Shown here in pieces: positions 55,975 to 64,000 of a stretch of DNA of 64,000 bases (positions within the stretch are counted from its first letter, which is position 1; the number at the start of each line of letters is the position of its first letter). Both the position numbers and the translations under genes were made by a program. The stretch comes from a virus. The notes under the pieces are model-generated. The model was given only the letters and a program-made list of their open reading frames with translations, had not been told where the DNA came from and did no database searches. The DNA lies in the IMG/VR virus record IMGVR_UViG_3300032288_003288, one strand, 5' to 3'.

Positions 55975-56993
55975 GAATCTTTTCTCCATACGGCCAAGCG
56001 CATCTTGGCCTGCAAATCTTTGTAGGTATTCTGATCGATCATCTGTCTGATAGTGTCAGGACTCATTCCCGCCATTACCATGTCGTTGATGTCCTTGTAC
56101 ACTAGGCCGTCAGGCCAAATACACACATTATACTTATTTGCTATGGCCGCTTCGATCTTCTTGACGGTGTCTTTGCTGCGAGGTTCGTTGTCGTATACCA
56201 CTACTGTATTACCAGTATCGATAAAAGTACATCTTTTTATCTCATTTTCTATCTTACCGCCGCACGAGGCCAGGCTGTTTGGAATAAACATGGCGTCGAT
56301 GGGACCTTCGAACACGTATACAGTCTTGTCAGGATCCACGGCATCGAGACCAAACAATTTAGGTTTACTCTCGTCGACGATTATGGTAATGTACTTGAGT
56401 GGATCGTCTTTCTTGAACGATCTGCCCTGAAACCCGATGATCTCTCCGTCCTTGTCCAGCATAGGGATCACCAGACGAGGCTCATCCTTTGTAATGTCCA
56501 CATACTTGTCAGAACGAACCGAGTTGACCCACTTCTTAAACTTAGGAGCGAAGTAGAGCTTGTAGTGCATGTTAGAAGGGATCGCTCGCTTCTCGACGTA
56601 TGCCTTGACAGGATGCCCGACTTCGAGCTGAGATACCTTACGCAGCGACTTGAGGATCTTGATGTCTGCATACTTGATAGGAGTCTTCTTCGGCGGAGGC
56701 ACAGAGACGTGCCGCGTCCCTCCATTTTCTGCCATAAACTCGAGCGTATACTCCTTATGAAGGATCGGGTCGAGTGTATAGAGAAACTTAGAGAACCGCA
56801 TCGATGCGTTGCAGTTGTGACAGTAGAACCGAGTCTTGTCGCCGTTAGATAGGATCCAACCGCGAGCCTTGGACTGGTTTTTCTTTGAATCTCCGCAGAT
56901 AGGGCAACGGAAGTTGAAGTTGCCGCCCACCCTCTTAAATCTGTCGAGGCGGGCCGAGAGAAGATTACTGTATTTTGTATCGAGCCAATTCAT
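55971..56993 (-). CDS. gp61: DNA primase gp61
   Basis: RCPICGDS..CHNC zinc finger, GFQGR, EGPID, YDNEPR and KDINDM motifs. Confidence 0.95.
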   Translation of the reverse strand: MNWLDTKYSNLLSARLDRFKRVGGNFNFRCPICGDSKKNQSKARGWILSNGDKTRFYCHNCNASMRFSKFLYTLDPILHKEYTLEFMAENGGTRHVSVPPPKKTPIKYADIKILKSLRKVSQLEVGHPVKAYVEKRAIPSNMHYKLYFAPKFKKWVNSVRSDKYVDITKDEPRLVIPMLDKDGEIIGFQGRSFKKDDPLKYITIIVDESKPKLFGLDAVDPDKTVYVFEGPIDAMFIPNSLASCGGKIENEIKRCTFIDTGNTVVVYDNEPRSKDTVKKIEAAIANKYNVCIWPDGLVYKDINDMVMAGMSPDTIRQMIDQNTYKDLQAKMRLAVWRKDS

Positions 56994-57016
56994 ATCTACT
57001 CCAATGACGATAACTC

Positions 57017-57045
57017 ATTATACGCCTAGGAGCTGAAGATGTAAA
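57017..57045 (-). promoter_or_regulatory. Sigma70-like promoter TTTACA-N17-TATAAT upstream of primase
   Basis: Near-consensus -35/-10 with a 17-nt spacer. Confidence 0.75.
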
Positions 57046-57050
57046 TGTTT

Positions 57051-57520
57051 TTAGAAGAGACTTGAGAAATTAATTTGACCGATCACGTAGCTGATAATTG
57101 CTGCCCCGCCCACGGCGATCCAGATCAGCTTTTCCAAAGTAGTTATGCGAGTACTCAGGCTCTCGTGTTGCTTGGTAGACTCTACACGGAGCTCTTTGAT
57201 CTCTTTCATGATATCGTCGTATTGCTTGTCTATCTTTTCTGACATTTGTTTTTCACCTGAAGAGATGCGACCATGAAGCTGCTGTATCTTATTATCGTTT
57301 TCCACCCTTCTACTTTCAACTAGATCAATGGTGCTCTTTGTTAGAATCTCTTGACTCGTTAGTTTGGCTTCATGGACGGCCAGAAGTTTCGAAACTCCAG
57401 TAGAAATGTCTGTCAACTTTTCAAGAGTAGAGTCGAGGCGGTCTACGAGTAGACCGACCTTAGCCATATCTTGTTGCAAGTCAGTAACGTCTTCTTTGAT
57501 TTTCTGAACGTCAGCGACCA
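57051..57520 (-). CDS. Coiled-coil protein with C-terminal TM helix
   Basis: LLAVHEAKL coiled coil and WIAVGGAAIISYVI helix; likely start MVADVQ. Confidence 0.7.
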
Positions 57521-57522
57521 TT

Positions 57523-57756
57523 TTATTCGATTGGATCCACTGGTTTTCTAGGAGCAAACTTCTCTACACCAGTAAAACCAAACCCTGCGATGACGATCAT
57601 CATGACAGCATCGATTAGATTGTCGTCGACGTTGTAGTCCCAAAATAGATTGGCGACATAACCCACCATGACAAGAAAGGCGCACAGGACGGTAACCACT
57701 CTCTTGGTGGATGGGACGCCTGCTGCATCGCCTAGCATTTTAGCTAAGTAGTTCAT
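57523..57756 (-). CDS. Two-TM holin-like protein
   Basis: PSTKRV, two hydrophobic helices and G.EKF ending; close to the spanin pair. Confidence 0.55.
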   Translation of the reverse strand: MNYLAKMLGDAAGVPSTKRVVTVLCAFLVMVGYVANLFWDYNVDDNLIDAVMMIVIAGFGFTGVEKFAPRKPVDPIE

Positions 57757-57811
57757 GATTGACTCCGATTTCTGTTATCATAATGAATCAACCATCAAAT
57801 AACATTTTTAT

Positions 57812-58096
57812 TTATTTCTTTTTACGACCCGGCCGATTCTTGCCTTTGACTGCGTCGACTACGTCTGCTGCCTGATCAACTACTTCTGCTGCAGCTTCCT
57901 TGATATCTACTAGCTCTTCTTTAACACGCTTAGCACGACGCTTGGTTTCTGCTTTAGCTTCGTTGATGATCCTATTAGCATCTTTGATCTTAGCTTCTGC
58001 AACTGCTTGAGCTACAGCTGCGTCTTCTGCTGTAATGCGACCGTCATTGTTTAAATCAAAAATCGCTTTGATCTTTTCCCATAGATTCTTTAACAT
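57812..58096 (-). CDS. Hypothetical protein
   Basis: DLNNDGRIT motif, Ala/Lys/Glu helical body and basic tail. Confidence 0.7.
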   Translation of the reverse strand: MLKNLWEKIKAIFDLNNDGRITAEDAAVAQAVAEAKIKDANRIINEAKAETKRRAKRVKEELVDIKEAAAEVVDQAADVVDAVKGKNRPGRKKK

Positions 58097-58097
58097 G

Positions 58098-58352
58098 TTA
58101 TACCTTCCCCGTTCCTCTCGATAGTGCGTTAGAAATCAATCTACGCGCAGTTTGCATGAGCAAATCATTCCCGTTACTCATGTTCATTATCACCAAAGCG
58201 GCCAGAACCATCAAGACTCCTGTCTTGTTTGGATCTTTGGCGCTCGAGAACCTCTGCAGAGCCATAGCTGCCATGCTAGCATAGGCTTTCTTGCTATTTA
58301 GGTCTCCGACCTGAGTAAGGCTATACTCGTTGTCGTCTTCTCTCGGTGTCAT
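58098..58352 (-). CDS. Hypothetical protein
   Basis: ATGA-coupled to the i-spanin stop. Confidence 0.6.
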   Translation of the reverse strand: MTPREDDNEYSLTQVGDLNSKKAYASMAAMALQRFSSAKDPNKTGVLMVLAALVIMNMSNGNDLLMQTARRLISNALSRGTGKV

Positions 58353-58864
58353 TTGTTTTTCTTTTCTTCTGCCATCTCATCTACGGCGCGCTTATTGTCA
58401 TTGATCCATTGTTGCAAACTTGTAAGTTGTTGACTGTTTTGCAGGCATCTGTTGTAGTTGCCGATGATTCCGAGGAGGGCTTGAGTGTCCGTAACTCCTG
58501 AGGGGGACGCATCAGAAGCTCTGGAGGCGTCGGCATCACTGGATGTGGCACTAATGTCGTGCGTGTACACCCAGCCGTTAGACATAACAGACTGACTAGG
58601 CACACTGTTTTGAGCGATGTCACGATAGACATATTCTTTTTCCCTAATAGTGTTGACTCTATCAACGTATTCTGTGACTACGTTGTTACTGATCTCTGCG
58701 TTCTTCTTTTCGAGCTCGGCGATCTGTTCAGACTTTTCAGCTGCAAATCTAGCCAGCTCTGCTTCAGCGTATGCAGATCCCTTCATGTACCCAAACACGA
58801 ATACACCCACAATGATTGCGGCAGCCGCTAATAATTTATATGGGAGTGGGATCATACCGAGCAT
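58349..58864 (-). CDS. Inner-membrane spanin (Rz-like)
   Basis: N-terminal TM (LLAAAAIIVGVFVFGY), coiled coil, VVTEYVDRV and LTSLQQWI motifs. Confidence 0.75.
   Translation of the reverse strand: MLGMIPLPYKLLAAAAIIVGVFVFGYMKGSAYAEAELARFAAEKSEQIAELEKKNAEISNNVVTEYVDRVNTIREKEYVYRDIAQNSVPSQSVMSNGWVYTHDISATSSDADASRASDASPSGVTDTQALLGIIGNYNRCLQNSQQLTSLQQWINDNKRAVDEMAEEKKNK
58381..58632 (-). CDS. Outer-membrane spanin lipoprotein (Rz1-like), fully embedded in the i-spanin
   Basis: MSIVTSLKTVCLVSLLCLTAG-C lipobox followed by a Pro-rich segment, in a different frame. Confidence 0.75.
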   Translation of the reverse strand: MSIVTSLKTVCLVSLLCLTAGCTRTTLVPHPVMPTPPELLMRPPQELRTLKPSSESSATTTDACKTVNNLQVCNNGSMTISAP

Positions 58865-58865
58865 A

Positions 58866-59924
58866 TTATTTTCCAGTCGTAAATGGCTTGAATCTCTTGA
58901 TTGGTTTGCCAAATAGCTTCTTGTTCTTTGGATCTGCAACAGCTCCCGAAGACATGTTGTTGGTAGGAACCCCACCAGCAGCGCCCATTTCTTCGTCTAC
59001 CTTGTCTACCTTGGCATGAGCTTTGGCCTTGGCCAGCCCACCTTCAGTGTCTCGCCAATCTTTTCTTTGACCCCACTTGCTCAGAGACTTGAGCGCAGTG
59101 GTTCCATCTGAACGTGTATAGCGCTTTATGCTGGGTTTTCCAGGTGCACGAGCTTCGCTCAGCTCTGTGCTCATATAATCTGTAGCCGTCTGAAGATAGT
59201 CGTAAGCTAGAGTGATCTTCGATTGGACCCATTCAGGAAGGTCTGTGTCGGGCTTAAGCATACCATGCATCTTGTCCGCATGCATCATGATGCCCTTGAG
59301 CTGAGACATGACCATCTCGCCTTCGTATCCATATTCTCTTGAATCTTTTGCTTCAGCCATCTCTCTTAAGTCCTTGTCGGCACCATGATACGTACCTTTG
59401 CCTTTACGAATGTAAGCATTTACACGAGCGTGACCCCATTGCTGAGGCGTAGTTCCTGGTCTGTGACCAGAATTCCATGCTGCAACTCCTCGCTTATACA
59501 CCGTCTTGAGTGTAGATAGCGAGATGCCTGTCTTCTTGGCCTTTGCGGATAAAGAAGAGTCTGCCTCATTGACTTCGTCTTTCTTATCTTTTTTAGAAAG
59601 ACTTTTCAACACGTCTCTTTGCTTGGCGTGAGTCTTGACAGACTTGTCGAGCTGACCAACAAATTTTTTCAGTTTCTTGTTGACAGCATCAGGAATCTCT
59701 ACTTCTTGCTCTTTCATCATTTTTCTAACTTCTATGGTAGCCTTGCTTGGTCTAGTTTTTGCTCTAGCATCCCCTGGCGCAGGTTCATATGCACGAGGAT
59801 CGCGATCAGAGTACTTACTCATCTTCTTCCAATGGGCTTTTCTAGCTTTTGCAGTAGAAGCGCTGAGCTTACCGACATATGGCTTCGGTAATCCAGACTC
59901 CTTGTGCTTGTCTACTTTGTCCAT
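58866..59924 (-). CDS. Basic modular head-associated protein (DUF5824-like segment)
   Basis: VYKRGVAAW.SGHRPG..PQQWG.ARVN and DLPEWVQSKITLA segments separated by VNE/LSE/VDE motifs. Confidence 0.7.
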   Translation of the reverse strand: MDKVDKHKESGLPKPYVGKLSASTAKARKAHWKKMSKYSDRDPRAYEPAPGDARAKTRPSKATIEVRKMMKEQEVEIPDAVNKKLKKFVGQLDKSVKTHAKQRDVLKSLSKKDKKDEVNEADSSLSAKAKKTGISLSTLKTVYKRGVAAWNSGHRPGTTPQQWGHARVNAYIRKGKGTYHGADKDLREMAEAKDSREYGYEGEMVMSQLKGIMMHADKMHGMLKPDTDLPEWVQSKITLAYDYLQTATDYMSTELSEARAPGKPSIKRYTRSDGTTALKSLSKWGQRKDWRDTEGGLAKAKAHAKVDKVDEEMGAAGGVPTNNMSSGAVADPKNKKLFGKPIKRFKPFTTGK

Positions 59925-60316
59925 CAGATCTTCCTAAGAACGTCTACGATATATTGGTCTAGAGGTATTTCACTACTGATAATCGTCTCGTTTTGAAACC
60001 CAATTCCTGTAACAGTTTCTGGCATTCGACCTAAAAATACCAAGAATGGTTTTAAGTATTGATGATAGTTCTTAAGTCTAAATAACAATAACTTTGTAGC
60101 AGAATTGCCGAACACGTTATACAAGATAATCAAGTGATTGAGGATTAGTCTCTCTTTTAATTCACCAGTCTCTACATACTTGTTAAAGTGTCTCTTGATA
60201 TACTTTATACGTTTTAAATCTTCGTAAAACTCTAGCGTGTCAAAGCACTCTGGATTATCATAGTGTTTTGCAGCATACAATACAAAGTTGGTCTCATCTA
60301 CTTTATCATCTATCAT
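59924..60316 (-). CDS. Conserved T4-like hypothetical protein
   Basis: YAAKHYDNP..EFYEDLKRIKY..ERLILNHLI motif. Confidence 0.85.
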   Translation of the reverse strand: MIDDKVDETNFVLYAAKHYDNPECFDTLEFYEDLKRIKYIKRHFNKYVETGELKERLILNHLIILYNVFGNSATKLLLFRLKNYHQYLKPFLVFLGRMPETVTGIGFQNETIISSEIPLDQYIVDVLRKI

Positions 60317-60567
60317 TATGTAATTCGTACTTTGACGACTCCTGCCGCTGTGTAGTATAGTTGACCTAATAGAACGCCTGCTGTGTTTGCGGCAGCATCA
60401 TCAGCAAATGGGCCTTGAACGACTGCTTTACGAATAGTCGCCAGAGTGGCAGACTTGGTCGAGTTAGCGGAGACATCCACCAATGGGAAGAGGTCTCCGC
60501 TAGCAATCGAGTTGTTGGCGGTTCCAATAGATGTCAGTTCAGATATTTTCTTGGCACGATCTGACAT
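60316..60567 (-). CDS. Small virion structural protein
   Basis: KKISELT start and FADDAAA..G..GQLYY motif. Confidence 0.65.
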   Translation of the reverse strand: MSDRAKKISELTSIGTANNSIASGDLFPLVDVSANSTKSATLATIRKAVVQGPFADDAAANTAGVLLGQLYYTAAGVVKVRIT

Positions 60568-60578
60568 ATGTTATATCC

Positions 60579-61451
60579 TTACGCGTCTGGTAGAGTCTTA
60601 TCGTCAGTCGCGTCGTTTGTGAAGTTGCCGCCGAATGCAACGAGCGTCTCATACTGTACACGACCAGCGCGACCGCCAGTACCGACTGTGCGAAGTAGCC
60701 AGCCAGTGTGAGCAGCGCCCTTGGTATAGCCACGCTCTGTGAGAATAGCCACAGCTGTAGCTGTCTCTCCAGTCAAGGTATGAGTTTCGCCTGGGTTTGT
60801 AACACGAGCGTCTGTAAGATCGATAGCTGTACCACCCTTGGTAGCTGAGATCTTGACCGACGTAGTGTTGGCAGCTACTACGTAGTAGTAAGAGTTGCCT
60901 GTCAGCGGAGCGATAGCTGTGTTATTTGTCGGCACAGTGTAGTATACCTTATCACCCACCAGCAACTTCGAGTTGGCTGTCGAGATGAGAAGTGTGTCCG
61001 CCGTGTTGCTGAAACCAGTCGAGTTGGCTGTGATGTTGATCGCAGCAGGAGCAGCTATCGTTACAGATGGAACAGACGTGTATCCGCCCACCGTTACGTT
61101 TGCTGTCACAGCTGTGACACGACCAGTAGCGACTGTCGAGTTTGCAAGAACCGTGTTAGCACCACCAGATGTATTGGCTACTGTGACAGCTGCGTTTGCC
61201 GCATAGCCAGAACCTGCGAAGGTGATGATGTACTGTTGAACCGCCGCGTTGCCGCTGACACGAATTTCTGTAGCATCAAGACCAAATTGACCGACGCCTT
61301 TGTTCATTGCAACATTGTTGTTCTTGAACGCTTGCACGGTCGTGTTACCAAACAGATTAGTCTGGTTGGTCGTATTAGGTGTTAAGTTCACTGCTGTAGT
61401 GGCCCAAAGGACCGAATTCGCAGCATCGTCTGTTTTTCCCCACTGGGCCAT
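60579..61451 (-). CDS. Virion structural (decoration/fibre-like) protein
   Basis: MAQWGKTD start, AHTGW..GRAGRVQYETLVA end, Asn/Thr-rich beta modules. Confidence 0.75.
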   Translation of the reverse strand: MAQWGKTDDAANSVLWATTAVNLTPNTTNQTNLFGNTTVQAFKNNNVAMNKGVGQFGLDATEIRVSGNAAVQQYIITFAGSGYAANAAVTVANTSGGANTVLANSTVATGRVTAVTANVTVGGYTSVPSVTIAAPAAINITANSTGFSNTADTLLISTANSKLLVGDKVYYTVPTNNTAIAPLTGNSYYYVVAANTTSVKISATKGGTAIDLTDARVTNPGETHTLTGETATAVAILTERGYTKGAAHTGWLLRTVGTGGRAGRVQYETLVAFGGNFTNDATDDKTLPDA

Positions 61452-61488
61452 TAGTTTTCTCCTGTTAAGGCTCGATGTTCTTATTTAT

Positions 61489-61752
61489 TTATTTAATAAT
61501 ATCAGTCAAGTAATCAGAATCTCGGTCTATAATGAAGGTAGTTTTAGTTTCTTCTGAAGAATTCTTAAACATTTTTAAGTTTTCTTGAGGAGCATTACGA
61601 GCAGCTATTCGAGCTTCTATCTCTTGCGCGCGCTTCTCTCTTTCAATTCTAAGCTTTTCTTTTGCGATCTTTTGATGAATAGATTCGAGACCAGAAGTCT
61701 TTTCTTCGACTTCTCGACCTTTGACTATTATCTTAGATGCATTGATAGCCAT
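61489..61752 (-). CDS. Hypothetical protein
   Basis: TAATG coupling to the upstream gene. Confidence 0.6.
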   Translation of the reverse strand: MAINASKIIVKGREVEEKTSGLESIHQKIAKEKLRIEREKRAQEIEARIAARNAPQENLKMFKNSSEETKTTFIIDRDSDYLTDIIK

Positions 61753-64000
61753 TACTGTCCTGCCTCTTTCTGCAAGAATTCTTTTTCGCGCAGCTTGTCT
61801 TGATAGTCCAGCTTTTCTTTGGCTGTCTTCATACCAGCGTGCTTGTCGAGGATGCGGGCTGCTTGAACTCCTGTGACATGATGCTTCTCTCCAGTATGAA
61901 GAGTTACATGATGACCACCTGTCATGCTAGTAGAAGCCTTACGTAGCTGATTGATAGGATTCTCGCTAGAAGGGCGATCACCGAGATTGGTGTATCCTTT
62001 AGCACGAAGCTTCGAGATCAGCTCTTTGTCTTTGACAGGATGGAGCTTACGATCCTTGTTCCATGGATGCTGGATCATGATCTTCGGCCGACCTTCGACC
62101 AACTCTTCGAATGCCTCGTCCAGCTCATTGACCTGAGGAGTAAGCCACTTGGCTTCGAACTCTTCAGCTGAAAGGTTCACGGCATCCTGCTCAAACTGCT
62201 CGAACTCTTCCTTGTAAGGTTGATTCATTCCCTTAGAAGCAAGCTTTAGACCAACAGAGCGCTTACGAACGCGTTCAGCTGCCTGCGCATGGAACTGCTT
62301 GTTATCTTCTTTGTTTCCAAGATCGTGCTTTAGTTCGCCACGAGCTTCTTCCTCATCGCCGCGGGCCATAGCGTGATAGCTCTTGCGCAATTTGTCTGAA
62401 ATCTCGTCGATCTGCTCAGCTTCTTCTTTCTTCAGCATGCTCATGCCCTTCTGACGGCGATTCCATTTCTTTACTTCGTCAGGATTCATGCTGTGAGCTT
62501 TGTTCATGATGTATGATGAAGCTTTCTTAGCGTACTCAGTTTTCGTCTTTGCAGAGATCTCGTCGATCTGCTCAGCTTCTTCACTCATATACTTGCGCTT
62601 GATTTCATTGGCTGCGCCCATGGCTGCAGCTGCAAGAGCGTGACTACCATTCTTCTTGAACATCTTGTGTGTGGTCATGTATGTATCAAGATGACGCTTG
62701 ACTGCATCTTTTGGCATGTTCTTAAGTTCAGCATGTGCCTGAGGAGTAAGGAACGATTCATCAAGCTCTTCTGAAACAATACGTGCACTCTTAGTAGAAA
62801 CTAATCCACGATAGTGATTTAATGCTTTATATGCATTGGTTGGGTGTACAGGTACTTTCTTTTTATGGCCGAGAAGATGGGTTATTTCAATATACTGTTT
62901 GTTCTTTGAGAGCTCGTCGATCTGCTCGACTTCTTCATTGGCAATCTTACAAATGGTGTTCTTACGGTTATAGTACTTGCGTGCTGCATCAGCATCTACA
63001 TTGCTCTTGTGCCAATATTTGTGTACTTGCGGTACTGCCTTCTTGACATATGCATCCTTTGCTACGGCTGAGATCTCGTCTAGCTCTTCAACTTCTTCAG
63101 TGGCATTGACTTTTGCTTTTAGCGGTGAATTCTTATATTGATCGGGATAGAGTTTTGCAGAAGCAAGATTTGCAGACTTCATGTGCCTGTCTGCGTCTTT
63201 ACCGCCTTCTAGTCCTTTACGCAGCATTCTACCGCCAGCATTACGTAAGGTTGTCTTTGAGAGCTCGTCGATCTGCTCGACTTCTTCCATAACATAAAGA
63301 TGTTTTGTACCTAGCTTTTTAGCTGCCTCGGCATGTGCATCCCTTAAAGTTTTTTCGCCTGAGGAAAAATGCATCTCGTGTTCTTTCGGTGAACCGTAGA
63401 GCTTTGTAGTAAAAGCCCATGATCCAGTGCCGCGTGCCTTCTTGCCGTGATTGCGTTCATATCTATTATGCATGATGCCTTCGATGATCTCAATGTCTTC
63501 ATTAGCCTTTTTGGCTTTCCAAGCAGTGGCGTAGGCGATCGATCTTTCTTGATCGGTCAGTCCGCCCTTCGAGTAACCCTTCTTGATGTGCTTGACCATA
63601 CGCTCAAACTTTTTACCGGGAGGAGCTACTTCTACCACATCATTGCACTCGCCGCAACACTCAGGAGTGCCGCAGTTGTTGTGCTCTACTTCTTCTTTGA
63701 AGTTTTCGGACTTATAAGTCTTCTTGAAGTGGGCGAAACGGGACGTGATGTTGCTGTCTGTCGGCTCGCCAGCAATGTGACGACCGTGAGCTGAGTCGAG
63801 GAAGTGCTTGACCATTACGTTGGGCTTCTTGGCATCTTGCAGATGACCTTTTGAACTCACAAGCTTCTTAACCTTGGCATGCATGGCAGAGTACTTCTTC
63901 TCACGATCTTCATCGCCAGAAGCTTCTACTGAGCCGTGATAACCATATGTAAGATTGCCCGACTTGATCTTTGATGAAGCTTCGTCAAGATCCACCTCTT
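61752..64000 (-). CDS. Modular internal-head polyprotein-like protein with EEVEQIDE linkers (probably 5' truncated by the window edge)
   Basis: Repeated EE(V/A)E(Q/E)(I/L)DE(I/L)S linkers separating basic modules; frame open to the window end. Confidence 0.75.
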   Translation of the reverse strand, partial: EVDLDEASSKIKSGNLTYGYHGSVEASGDEDREKKYSAMHAKVKKLVSSKGHLQDAKKPNVMVKHFLDSAHGRHIAGEPTDSNITSRFAHFKKTYKSENFKEEVEHNNCGTPECCGECNDVVEVAPPGKKFERMVKHIKKGYSKGGLTDQERSIAYATAWKAKKANEDIEIIEGIMHNRYERNHGKKARGTGSWAFTTKLYGSPKEHEMHFSSGEKTLRDAHAEAAKKLGTKHLYVMEEVEQIDELSKTTLRNAGGRMLRKGLEGGKDADRHMKSANLASAKLYPDQYKNSPLKAKVNATEEVEELDEISAVAKDAYVKKAVPQVHKYWHKSNVDADAARKYYNRKNTICKIANEEVEQIDELSKNKQYIEITHLLGHKKKVPVHPTNAYKALNHYRGLVSTKSARIVSEELDESFLTPQAHAELKNMPKDAVKRHLDTYMTTHKMFKKNGSHALAAAAMGAANEIKRKYMSEEAEQIDEISAKTKTEYAKKASSYIMNKAHSMNPDEVKKWNRRQKGMSMLKKEEAEQIDEISDKLRKSYHAMARGDEEEARGELKHDLGNKEDNKQFHAQAAERVRKRSVGLKLASKGMNQPYKEEFEQFEQDAVNLSAEEFEAKWLTPQVNELDEAFEELVEGRPKIMIQHPWNKDRKLHPVKDKELISKLRAKGYTNLGDRPSSENPINQLRKASTSMTGGHHVTLHTGEKHHVTGVQAARILDKHAGMKTAKEKLDYQDKLREKEFLQKEAGQ
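62401..63287. repeat. Dispersed DNA repeats encoding the EEVEQIDE linkers
   Basis: 34-nt identity 62903-62936 = 63254-63287; 26-nt identity 62401-62426 = 62557-62582; related copy near 63070-63098. Confidence 0.9.

Noticed and set aside
62401-63287. Spaced 26-34 nt repeats resembling a CRISPR array
   Set aside because: Spacing is irregular and long (about 150-350 nt), the repeats are in-frame coding linkers, and there is no cas operon. The Cas4-like nuclease is a common stand-alone phage exonuclease.

Overview
A 64-kb segment of a large T4-like myovirus (Caudoviricetes) genome, most likely infecting an alphaproteobacterium, as inferred from a permuted two-piece tmRNA with an ANDN-type tag. 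Left to right: (1) baseplate/tail module (split VrlC/DUF4815-like proteins, gp8, gp7, gp6, gp25, a Tyr-periodic 946-aa protein, gp5, gp27-like hub, gp53, gp48; divergent gp4, gp2, gp54, gp26/gp51 and two paralogous tape-measure-like proteins carrying wall hydrolase domains); (2) gp32, gp59, gp33, a SleB-type hydrolase behind a structured leader, and the tmRNA; (3) an early accessory region with a repeated TGTACT-N17-TAnnnT promoter; (4) PhoH, RNase H, a four-gene heptose biosynthesis/glycosyltransferase operon, glutaredoxin, SpeD, nrdAB, thyX and primase; (5) holin-like and nested spanin genes plus head-associated proteins. Best candidates for new biology: a phage heptose pathway and GT alongside virion proteins rich in N-X-S/T sequons (possible virion glycosylation), a probable -1 frameshift fusing gp26 to gp51 upstream of the tape-measure genes, a modular EEVEQIDE-linked polyprotein, and the structured RNA/uORF leader of the hydrolase. 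All calls come from motif recognition and synteny by eye; no searches were run.
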